From Planctomycetota bacterium (GTDB lineage: Bacteria; Planctomycetota; B15-G4), in the NCBI GenBank assembly GCA_965248575.1, contig CBDFJQ010000002.1, forward strand, positions 1,376,001 through 1,440,000: a stretch of DNA of 64,000 bases. The letters run 5' to 3'. Below, one piece after another: positions 26,903-35,571 of the stretch. Below the pieces are notes generated by a model. That model ran no database searches. It was not told the origin of the DNA and worked only from the letters and a program-made list of their open reading frames with translations. Each line of letters begins with the position of its first letter. Position 1 is the stretch's first letter. Both the position numbers and the translations under genes were made by a program.

Positions 26903-28749
26903 CCGTCGCTCCCAGTCCCAGTGTCGAGTCGCCAGGCGCGGATCCAAGGACCCGGTCGCTCGTAGCTCCAGAGCTGCGTCAGGGCAAACTCCATGTCCGT
27001 CGGCAAGGCTGCTTCCCCGGGCGCCGACTGGCCCGTGGGCGAACGCTCGTACACGAGCGTGCCGTGCTGCGCCGTGAACTCGTCGATGGGCGCACGCGGC
27101 TCCGCCACGGGCGCACGGTCCACCCGCACGTAGACGTCAACACTCCACTCCTTCATCCAGGCGTCCAAAGACATCTCGATGGGCGGCTTCCCGAACAGGA
27201 AGTCCGTCGGGTAGTAGCTGATGTACCGCCAGTAGCGCTGGATAGGCAACAGGTGTCGTGCGTGCAGAGGCGCTGGCACTCCAGCCTCGGCTTCGGCCAC
27301 GGCGCGTTGCTCCTGTCGACCGAGCCAGACGGAGCCCGCCTGCGCATCCCCCACCGCGCGGCGCCCCTGATCTTCCAGCATGGCAACGAGTGTCTCGGCG
27401 CGCGGCGTCATGGGCGGACCGTATTGGGCACCGAGCCCATCAACGGCGGCGAGCTCTTCCGGACCGATGATTGCGAGCAACTCCTGGGACGCCAGCGAGC
27501 GTGTGTCCGTTCTCCCGAGCAAGGCGTCCAGACGAGCTGCCTGCACGATGGGGACCGCCAGCAATACGCAGGCCAGCACGCGCATGGCGCCTCCCCTGCG
27601 AGCCAGGGCCGTGAGCAGACGACCAGCACCCAGGGCCAGGAAGGGCACCGCCGTCATCATGTAGCGCACATGGCTGCCGTCGTAGACCAAGAACAGCGCG
27701 CAGGCCAGCAGGGCCGGAACGACCACCAGCAGCAGGCTCTCCCAGCGCGTCTGCCGACAGCGAGCCCAGAGCAGCAGACCCACCAGCCCGGCCAGCGCCA
27801 ACACCGGGTCGTAGCCCAACCACGAGCGCAGCACGGTTCCGAAGCGCGCGCCCCCCAGCAGCCCCAGACTGAAGGCTTGTCCGCCCAGGTCCAGCACCTC
27901 GTCCCCGCCTTCCGCCAGGAGCTGGCTCTGGTCCGTCTGGAAACCGGCCCCACTGTCTGCGCCGTGCACCCAGCTGAACGGATAGCCGAGCGAGAGCAGG
28001 ACCAGCCCCGCCGCCAGCACGCCGACAGCCAGCTGACCAAGCACCCGCACTCTCTTGCCCGGCTCCGCGCGCGCCGCGACACACAGCAGCCCCACACAGG
28101 GGACCGCCAGATAGAGCAGACCCACCTGGAAGCTCGCCCCGGCCAAGGCGCTGGCGCCGAAGGCGGCTAGCACATCCCGGACCCGACGCCGACGCTGCAG
28201 GCGCAGGGTCAACGCCAGACCCAAGGCCGCGAAACCCAGCATCGGCGCCCAGGGGCGAACGGTGTGTGCGAACTGGACCACCATCAGGGATGAGCCCGCC
28301 AGCAGCGCCGCAACGGCTGCTTCGGCCTTGCTGCGTCTCAGCTCCCGGGCCGCCCGATAGACCCCCCAGGGCAGCAGCAGAGCCAAGAGCGCCGAGAGCA
28401 CACGGCCGGGGAACCAGGCCAGCCCAGGGTCCTCGAAGATGGCTTCGGCGAAGGCGCCCGCCCCACCCCATTCGCCGCTCAGCTTGCCGACGGCAAAGCG
28501 CATCCCCAGAGCGCCGAGATTCAGATACGGCAAGAGGTAGGGATAGGTGGTGTAGACAGCGCCCTCGGGAACCAGCGCGCCCAGCCCGCCGCCGTCCGCT
28601 GCATCCCGGGCCATGCCCAACGCACAGCGCACCACCGTGTCGTCCGGCACATAGCGATGCGGCAAGCCATGGTCGAGCGACAAGCCCATCAAGACGGCCA
28701 CCAAGACCATCACGGCGCGCAGGGGATGGTCTCGCCCCATAAGCATCAC
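26899..28749 (-). CDS. Polytopic membrane GT-C-like (PMT/ArnT-like) transferase
   Basis: HGLPHRYVPDD after TM1 (acidic dyad typical of GT-C), YPYLLPY, GRVLSALL, HVRYM, many TMs, soluble C-terminal domain. Confidence 0.62.
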   Translation of the reverse strand: MMLMGRDHPLRAVMVLVAVLMGLSLDHGLPHRYVPDDTVVRCALGMARDAADGGGLGALVPEGAVYTTYPYLLPYLNLGALGMRFAVGKLSGEWGGAGAFAEAIFEDPGLAWFPGRVLSALLALLLPWGVYRAARELRRSKAEAAVAALLAGSSLMVVQFAHTVRPWAPMLGFAALGLALTLRLQRRRRVRDVLAAFGASALAGASFQVGLLYLAVPCVGLLCVAARAEPGKRVRVLGQLAVGVLAAGLVLLSLGYPFSWVHGADSGAGFQTDQSQLLAEGGDEVLDLGGQAFSLGLLGGARFGTVLRSWLGYDPVLALAGLVGLLLWARCRQTRWESLLLVVVPALLACALFLVYDGSHVRYMMTAVPFLALGAGRLLTALARRGGAMRVLACVLLAVPIVQAARLDALLGRTDTRSLASQELLAIIGPEELAAVDGLGAQYGPPMTPRAETLVAMLEDQGRRAVGDAQAGSVWLGRQEQRAVAEAEAGVPAPLHARHLLPIQRYWRYISYYPTDFLFGKPPIEMSLDAWMKEWSVDVYVRVDRAPVAEPRAPIDEFTAQHGTLVYERSPTGQSAPGEAALPTDMEFALTQLWSYERPGPWIRAWRLDTGTGSDG

Positions 28750-29946
28750 TCAGTGAGCCCCCACCACGAGCTTCTCGCGCAGGAAGTTGGCCACGAGCCG
28801 GCCGCGCTCGGCCCAGTCGTAGGGCAGCACATCCTGTTCGGCCTGCAGTGCCAAGCGGGTGCGCAAGGCCTCGTCCTGGATCAAGGCGTCCAAGCCCTCG
28901 GCCATGGCCGTGGGGTCGTCGGGCGCCACGAGGTAGGCGTTGGCATCGTGCTGCAGCACCTCCCGCAGGGAGGGCAGGTCGGTGCCGAGGATGGCCCGAC
29001 CGCTGGCCATGGCCTCGAACATCTTGAGCGGCGAGGTGTACTTGCGGCTGATGGTCTCGCGCGCGCTGTTGGGCAGGGCGATGACATCGCCGGCAGCTAG
29101 GTAGAAGGGCACGGCCTGATGCGGAACGCTGCCCGCGAGGATCACGCGCCCCGGCGCGTGTAGCGCTACCAGCTTCTCGATACGGGACAGGTTCGGCGCG
29201 TCGCCTCCGACCACCAGGAGTTGCGCCTGTGGCAGTTGGCCCATGGCCTGCACCAGGGTGTCCACTCCCTTCCACTCGTAGAGCTGGCCCGCATACACCA
29301 CGGTCGGGACATCGGCCCGCAGCGAGAGGTGCTGGCGTGCATCCTCGACACTGGGACGCGTGGCGAAGCGCGACAGGTGCACCCCGTCACGCGCCACGAG
29401 GATCCGGCTGGACTCAAGGCCCTCGCGCTCCAGGTCCTGCTTCAGGCCGTCGCTGATGACCACCACGGCCCGCAGCGATTTGAGTGCCGCCACCACTCGT
29501 CGTAGACGCCCTCCTGCTTCGGGCAGGTTGTGGATCTCCGCCGCCACCCGGGCACGATCCCCCGCCCGCAAACCACCCACCAGGATCTCCAAGGTGTAGT
29601 GATCGCGCACCAGGATGCCCGCGTCCCGCTCCACCGCCGCTCGCGCCAAGGCGCGCAACCCGAACGTGATGGACTGCATCAGGAAGGGCACGCGCTGGGC
29701 CGAGGGCTTCACCATGTCGATGGTGTCGATGTTGGCGATGCGACAGACCTCGAAGTTGCGCCGCACGCCGTAGTGCGCCCAAGGGTCCACGGCGCGGTAC
29801 GGGAAGCGGCGCGGCACCACCACATCCACCACCAGGCCCGTGTCCGCCAAGGCCTCGGCCATGGCCGCCACCTGGATGCCGTGCGCCCGCACGCCAGGGA
29901 AGCGCACGTTGACAATCAAGTCGAGACGGGTGAGGTCGCTGCTCAC
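28750..29946 (-). CDS. Glycosyltransferase family 4
   Basis: RAHGIQV, YAGQLYEWKGVD, YTSPLKMFEAMASG. GTG 29946 overlaps the upstream TGA. Confidence 0.9.
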   Translation of the reverse strand: MSSDLTRLDLIVNVRFPGVRAHGIQVAAMAEALADTGLVVDVVVPRRFPYRAVDPWAHYGVRRNFEVCRIANIDTIDMVKPSAQRVPFLMQSITFGLRALARAAVERDAGILVRDHYTLEILVGGLRAGDRARVAAEIHNLPEAGGRLRRVVAALKSLRAVVVISDGLKQDLEREGLESSRILVARDGVHLSRFATRPSVEDARQHLSLRADVPTVVYAGQLYEWKGVDTLVQAMGQLPQAQLLVVGGDAPNLSRIEKLVALHAPGRVILAGSVPHQAVPFYLAAGDVIALPNSARETISRKYTSPLKMFEAMASGRAILGTDLPSLREVLQHDANAYLVAPDDPTAMAEGLDALIQDEALRTRLALQAEQDVLPYDWAERGRLVANFLREKLVVGAH

Positions 29947-32168
29947 GGTGAGTCGTCGCCTTCCGTGGGAGAGCTTCCGGCCGGCTCCTCGGGAGCCTGG
30001 CCGTTGAAGCCCGGCGGCCACTGGAACGGTCGGCGATAGAGATCCTCTTCGAGGATCTCGTTGGACCCCGTCAGCTGCCCGAGGTCGCCAGCCTGCAACA
30101 GCTTGAGCGCCTCCGCGCTGCCGGCCATGGCCGCGGCCTTCGCGTCTTCCGGCATGTCGCCTGCATAACCGAGCGCCACCAGACTCTTCATCTGGTTCAG
30201 CAGCGCCTGCTCGTCGCCCACCCCGGCCGACATGGGCACTTCCGGCATGGCGGCGTCGTGCAGTTTGTAACGGGCTGCGATCGCCGCGAAGGCCTGCGCG
30301 TAGGCCGGGTCGTTCAAGTCCAGGGGACTGTGCTCGCCGGGGTCGTCGATGAGATCGAACAAGCGCGTCGTCCACTGCGCACCCTGCGCCTTGCTCAACG
30401 GTGCGAAGCGGCTCTGGGTGAGCTTGTAGCGTTCGTTGCGCATGGAGACGTAGCGCACGTTCTCTGCCACGACGTGTCGCTCGTCTTCTCCGGGGTCGAC
30501 GCCTGCAGCATCGGGCGCGAGGCTGCGCCCCGGTGACGGTCCTCCCGCGACCGCCAGGGTTCCGACACCCGCCACGTCGAGCACCGTCGCGGGCAGGTCA
30601 CGCATCTCCACCGGCCAGGTCACACGCGCCCCACCGTGTTGCTTGCCGGGGAAGCGCACGACCATCGGCACCTGCAGGTTGGTCTCGAACATCCAATCGT
30701 GTTCGAACAGGCCGTGGTCGTATAGCTCTTCACCGTGGTCCGAAGTGAAGATCACCAGGGTGTTCTCGTCGATCTCCAGCTCGGCCAGCAGATCGAGCAG
30801 GCTGCCGAACATCTCGTCGGCAAAGCTCACGCCACCGTCGTAGAGCGCATTGACGTGTTCCACATCGCGGCCTGGGTCAAAATGCTCACAGCTCCAGGTC
30901 TGCTGACTGTCGTGTTCGCAAACGCCCTGCTGCTGCTGCTTCATGATCCACTGCCCGTGCTTCTGCCGGAAGGGGTGGAAGTAGCCCCCGTACTCAGGGT
31001 CGTAGCGACCGTCGTAGGGCGCCGGCGGCTCATAGGGTGTGTGCGTGCTGTAGTAGTGGACCAGCGCAAAGAACGGCCGGTCGGCGTGCTTGCGGATCCA
31101 GCCCAGGGCCTCGGTGTTCACGAGCCGCGGGTCCATGGCCTGGCGCGTCTTGTTGTAGAGGATCCAGAGCAGCATGCGACTGCGCACCACCGACCACTTG
31201 CTGTGCCGGTTCACCGCTTCGTGCCCGACGATGGTCTCGAAGTAGGTGTCGAAGCCATGCAGCAGCCCGGTGTCGTTGGACAGGGTCCCCGTCAGGAAGG
31301 CCCCCGTGGCGTAGCCCTGCTCCTGAAGCGCCTGGGCCAGCGTGCGGTTGCTGTCCACATCCAGTTGCTGCCCGGGCCACATCTTGATCAGGCCATGCTC
31401 GCGCGGGTACTTGCCCGTGAGAAAGCTGCCGAAGGAGGTCCAGGTGAAGGGTGCCTGGGCCCACGCGGTCTCATAGACCACACCCTGTTCCGCCATGCGG
31501 TCCACGTTGGGAGAGATGTCAGGCGTCTTCTCGTAGCCGTAGCACCCCAGCCGATCGGCACGCAGGGCATCCACCACCACATAGAGGACGTTGGGTGCGC
31601 CCTCCGGAGCGCCGCCCCGCCCGGCGGTGAGACTGGCCTCGCGCGCCATGGCCCAACTTCCAGCGACCGCGAGCAACAGCGTCACGACCAAGGTCGTCAC
31701 CCGGCCCGGCACCCTGACCAGCCCGCCCTCCCGCACCAACATGCGGGCACCCAGGGCTGCCACCACGACCCACGCCAGCGTCAGAGCGAGTCGCTTCGGG
31801 TGGTGGAACGGCAGCCCCCACGAGAAGTCCCAGAGCTGCTTGGTGTGCCAGTACAGGTTTACGAAGAGAGCTGAGGCCACCATCAGTCGCGGGGCCAGGA
31901 GTTCGGCGCTGCCTGGCGCGGGAGCACGACGCCTCAACCGACTCAGCATGATCACGGCCAGCGTGCAGCCGAGGGCACCGAGGACCCCGTAGTGCGCGGC
32001 CCCCAGGATCAGCGTCGCGGCAAGGTCCACCCCATCGAGGGGCGGCACATCACCCAGGCGCCCCCAGAAGCTCATCCAGGGCCCCATGCGCACCACCAGG
32101 GCTTCGAGCAATCCCCACACAGCGCCCCACACGAGCCCAGAGGCCAGGGCTTGGCGCAGCTGATTCAC
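29943..32168 (-). CDS. Membrane-anchored sulfatase/alkaline-phosphatase-superfamily protein (Thr-type, probable transferase)
   Basis: About 5 N-terminal TMs; PNVLYVVVDALRAD, AQAPFTWTSFGSFLTG, HYYSTHTPY, FTSDHGEEL, EHD, LQVPM. Confidence 0.85.
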   Translation of the reverse strand: MNQLRQALASGLVWGAVWGLLEALVVRMGPWMSFWGRLGDVPPLDGVDLAATLILGAAHYGVLGALGCTLAVIMLSRLRRRAPAPGSAELLAPRLMVASALFVNLYWHTKQLWDFSWGLPFHHPKRLALTLAWVVVAALGARMLVREGGLVRVPGRVTTLVVTLLLAVAGSWAMAREASLTAGRGGAPEGAPNVLYVVVDALRADRLGCYGYEKTPDISPNVDRMAEQGVVYETAWAQAPFTWTSFGSFLTGKYPREHGLIKMWPGQQLDVDSNRTLAQALQEQGYATGAFLTGTLSNDTGLLHGFDTYFETIVGHEAVNRHSKWSVVRSRMLLWILYNKTRQAMDPRLVNTEALGWIRKHADRPFFALVHYYSTHTPYEPPAPYDGRYDPEYGGYFHPFRQKHGQWIMKQQQQGVCEHDSQQTWSCEHFDPGRDVEHVNALYDGGVSFADEMFGSLLDLLAELEIDENTLVIFTSDHGEELYDHGLFEHDWMFETNLQVPMVVRFPGKQHGGARVTWPVEMRDLPATVLDVAGVGTLAVAGGPSPGRSLAPDAAGVDPGEDERHVVAENVRYVSMRNERYKLTQSRFAPLSKAQGAQWTTRLFDLIDDPGEHSPLDLNDPAYAQAFAAIAARYKLHDAAMPEVPMSAGVGDEQALLNQMKSLVALGYAGDMPEDAKAAAMAGSAEALKLLQAGDLGQLTGSNEILEEDLYRRPFQWPPGFNGQAPEEPAGSSPTEGDDSP

Positions 32169-32271
32169 AGGTCACTCCAGGGGGAACCGATCGCGCATCG
32201 TAGATCCTTGGGCGGGGCCAGACTACGGCGCGCTAGAGAGCAGCTCCTCTCGACTGATAACCTCCCCCAGC

Positions 32272-35200
32272 ATGAGTGAGGGGCACGACCGACATATGCG
32301 CCGCAACAGCATGCCGTTGCTCCTGTCCATCACGGGGCTGGTGTCCGCTCTGGTCTGGCCAGGGAGCGTGCTGGCCTGGCTGCCTCTGCTGCTCTGCCCG
32401 GGCTGGGGTCTGGCCAGGCTCGTCTCCGTCATCGACCGGAACTTTGGAGTTCTCGGTTCTGCCCTGTGCCTCTCCCCGCTCGTCCTGGGCTCCCTGACCC
32501 TCGTGAGTGCTGCCGCGGGCTGGCCGTCCGACCGGCTGGCCCTGGCCGTCCACATCACGTCGGTGGGCCTGTGCCTGCTGGGCCGCATCCGGCTCGCCGT
32601 CTACGACCGCTGGCTGGGGCGCCAACCTCCCATCGACGGGCCCATGCCCTGGTGGCCGGAGAAGCTCTGGGTCTGCGTGACGATCGTCGTGGTTGCCGTC
32701 GCCGCCGGAGCCGAGGTGGTCCCCCTGGACGAGGCTGCGGCCGGATCTCCCCGGCTCGTGGTGGCCAGCGAGGCGTTGGCCTGGCTGCAGGGCGCCGAGG
32801 ATCCCATGCACGCCGGCCGGCCCTTGCCCATGGGCTCGCTCCTTTCCGGCGCCTCTGCGGCCCTGGCGGCGGGTGCCGGCTTGCACCCGCTGGAGTCCAC
32901 GCAGTTGCTCTCGTGGTCAGCCCTCGTGGCCTGCCTGGTCCTGGCGGCGGAGAGCATCTCGCGACTTTGGGGCAATCGGGGCGCGGTGCTTGCGATGGCG
33001 GCAGTTCTGTTGGGGCTGAACCCGTTGGCCCTCGCCTTCCTGTTGGGCTCCGACGGTGTGCGCATCGACTCGCAACACCTCACCGCGGACTTCTCCCCCC
33101 AGCTCACCACGGCTATCGCTCCCTTCCTGGACGCAGCACCGCTGGCGCTGGCCCTGGCCTTCACGGCCATGCTGCTCTCGTCGACCCTCTCGATCCTTCG
33201 GCGCTCCAGCTATCACGTGCCACGACTCGCTGGCCTGGCAACCCTGGGCCTCGTGCTGACGGACGCCCGCGCGGCGCTGCTGCTGCTGCCCGGTTGGTTC
33301 GCTGGCCTGGCCCTCGCGCACCTCGCGTGCCGGGACAGCAAGGACAACGACCCGCAGCTCAACTCCAGTGTGCGCCGCCCGGGCGAACCGCTCATCCTCC
33401 GGGCTCCCTTCTGGAGACCCGCGCTGCACATCGCGTTGGGCGCGGCCGTGGGTTTCGCGCTCGTGGACCTCCCGACCTACGACGTGCAGCTTTCGCGCGT
33501 CGTGGTCTGGGGCTTGGTGGCCGCCGTGGGCCCGGGCTGCATCCTGTTCATGCCTGGGATTCGCCACCTGAACGCCAGCCCAGGGCGCGAGGCGTACTTC
33601 TTCCTGCCCGCGGTGGCGGTCGCCGCGCTGTTGGGGATGACGGTGCAGTTCGATGGCGACCAAGGCAATCTGGTGGTGCGCTTGCTGGCCCTCGTACTCG
33701 CCGTCCCCGCGGCCAACGGCGCCATGAAGGTCATCGAGCTGCACGGCCTGCGCGCCACACTGCTGTTGATCTTCCTGACCTTGATCACGCTGCCTGGTCC
33801 GCTCGTCGTCCTCCGTGAAGCTCGCGACACAGCGCGACCGCTGCACTGCGTGGACCACGACTCGGTGCGCTGGGCCGAGTTGGATGAGGGCATCGCCAGT
33901 GCCCTCGCCCTGGTTCACGAGCGCAGCACCCAGGACGCCGTGCTGATCCTGGACGAGCTCCCGGACGCCCACGACTTGTACGCGCTGTATCTCTTGTCAG
34001 GGCGTCCACTGGTGACCATCCCGAAGTCCACCCTGCTCGACAGCAGCAACGCCTATCAGCGTCAACCCGAGACACTCTCCCGCCCCGAGCGCACAGGCTC
34101 CCGGCGCGATCTCGTGAGCCGCCTCTCCCACGGTGATGGAACGGCACTCGCCCGCCTGCGCGGCAGTCGCGGCCTGCAGGGGCGGGAGATGTGGGCTGTG
34201 CACGAAGGGGACAGCTGGCCCGGCTTCCACCCCCAGCGCCAGGCCAGTGCATTGTTGGTGGAGCGCGCCGAACTGCCGGACATCGTGCTCGTCACCATCT
34301 CGAGCCTGCGTGTGGACCGGGTCAACGCGGACTCCATGCCGGCCCTCGATGCCCGCAGCAAACAAGGCCTGCTGTTCGAGACAGCCATCACGCCAACGCC
34401 CAGCACGGGGCCGGGGCTCGCCAGCTTGCTTTCCGGCCTCTCCCCCGTGGAGCACGATGTGCGCGACGACGGCCGGCGCCTCTCCGCGGACATCCCAGGC
34501 TTGCAGCGACAACTCGCACTACGGGGTTACCGCTCCTCCGCCGTGGTCGCCCTGGGGTCCGACTCCGGATTGCTCAGGGGCTTTGAACAGGTGCGCGCTG
34601 AGTCGACTCTCGATGCGGAGCATTTGGTGGACCTAGCCACTCAACAACTGAGCCTGGCCGACCCCCGCCCTGTGTTTCTCTGGGTGCACTTCTCGGACCT
34701 GGAGCTGCCCTTCGAGGTTCCAGAGCACGCTCGCACGGCAATCACCGGTCCACACGACTTCCCCGACAGCTCGAATCTCGACGCGACGCGCTACGGCGTC
34801 GCTCCCTTTCCTCCCTCGGCGAATCACAGGGGAGAGGTGGATCTCAAGACGGGCGTGGCGCAATACGACGCCTTGGTGGGCATGGTCGACCGGGAGTTGG
34901 GCCGCCTGCTGCAGTCCATTCCGGAAGACGACCTGCTCGCGGTCACGGCCCCCCACGGCACCAGCCTGTCCGAGCACGGCGCCTACTTCATGCACGGCCC
35001 CGACCTCTTCGAACCGTCCATCCATGTTCCGCTGATCGTCGTCGGCGGTGGCATGCCCGTCAGTCGCAGCGGCAGCCTCACGAGCCTCGAGGACATTCCC
35101 GACCTGTTGCTCATGGGCCGGCTCCCTGTTCGCGAACGGGTGATGCTCGAAAGCGCGTGGCGCCCCGGTCTGGGCACCGGCGCCGCCTATCCGGCGGACA

Positions 35201-35430
35201 TCGACCCGACGGCACGCGGAGCGGCGCGGCGCATCTGGGGCGAGCGTTCGGCCACCGGCAAGACCTTGTTGACGATCAAACCGGATGCCGGTCAAGGCGC
35301 GCGCGGGCTCCGCTTTGATCTTGCGGCTGATCCGGATGAACTCCACGGCCAGGCGGCTGACCCCTTCGCCTTGCGACGGGTGGACACCTGGCGCAGACGC
35401 GGCCGACCGGCGAGCGTTGATCTGCCGTAG
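32272..35430 (+). CDS. Large polytopic membrane protein fused to a degenerate C-terminal sulfatase-fold domain
   Basis: Many TMs in the first ~510 aa. C-terminal PDIVLVTISSLRVD, PSTGPGLASLLSG, FLWVHFSD, YDALV..VDRELGRL, TAPHG, HVPLIV. Confidence 0.75.
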   Translation: MSEGHDRHMRRNSMPLLLSITGLVSALVWPGSVLAWLPLLLCPGWGLARLVSVIDRNFGVLGSALCLSPLVLGSLTLVSAAAGWPSDRLALAVHITSVGLCLLGRIRLAVYDRWLGRQPPIDGPMPWWPEKLWVCVTIVVVAVAAGAEVVPLDEAAAGSPRLVVASEALAWLQGAEDPMHAGRPLPMGSLLSGASAALAAGAGLHPLESTQLLSWSALVACLVLAAESISRLWGNRGAVLAMAAVLLGLNPLALAFLLGSDGVRIDSQHLTADFSPQLTTAIAPFLDAAPLALALAFTAMLLSSTLSILRRSSYHVPRLAGLATLGLVLTDARAALLLLPGWFAGLALAHLACRDSKDNDPQLNSSVRRPGEPLILRAPFWRPALHIALGAAVGFALVDLPTYDVQLSRVVVWGLVAAVGPGCILFMPGIRHLNASPGREAYFFLPAVAVAALLGMTVQFDGDQGNLVVRLLALVLAVPAANGAMKVIELHGLRATLLLIFLTLITLPGPLVVLREARDTARPLHCVDHDSVRWAELDEGIASALALVHERSTQDAVLILDELPDAHDLYALYLLSGRPLVTIPKSTLLDSSNAYQRQPETLSRPERTGSRRDLVSRLSHGDGTALARLRGSRGLQGREMWAVHEGDSWPGFHPQRQASALLVERAELPDIVLVTISSLRVDRVNADSMPALDARSKQGLLFETAITPTPSTGPGLASLLSGLSPVEHDVRDDGRRLSADIPGLQRQLALRGYRSSAVVALGSDSGLLRGFEQVRAESTLDAEHLVDLATQQLSLADPRPVFLWVHFSDLELPFEVPEHARTAITGPHDFPDSSNLDATRYGVAPFPPSANHRGEVDLKTGVAQYDALVGMVDRELGRLLQSIPEDDLLAVTAPHGTSLSEHGAYFMHGPDLFEPSIHVPLIVVGGGMPVSRSGSLTSLEDIPDLLLMGRLPVRERVMLESAWRPGLGTGAAYPADIDPTARGAARRIWGERSATGKTLLTIKPDAGQGARGLRFDLAADPDELHGQAADPFALRRVDTWRRRGRPASVDLP

Positions 35431-35452
35431 CCATGCCCTCTGCCGACGGGCC

Positions 35453-35555
35453 GGCTGGATCTGTCTTTGGACAGCAGATCTGCTGCTCAGACAACGAGGC
35501 AAACGGACGCCTCGAAAACTCGCCTCAGATCTGCTGTCCAAAGACAGATCCAGCC
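35453..35555. repeat. Perfect 30-bp inverted repeat (103-bp element) between convergent genes
   Basis: GGCTGGATCTGTCTTTGGACAGCAGATCTG (35453-35482) and its exact reverse complement (35526-35555); inner 6-bp IR CGAGGC/GCCTCG. Confidence 0.92.
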
Positions 35556-35571
35556 TCATCGGTAAGAGGCT

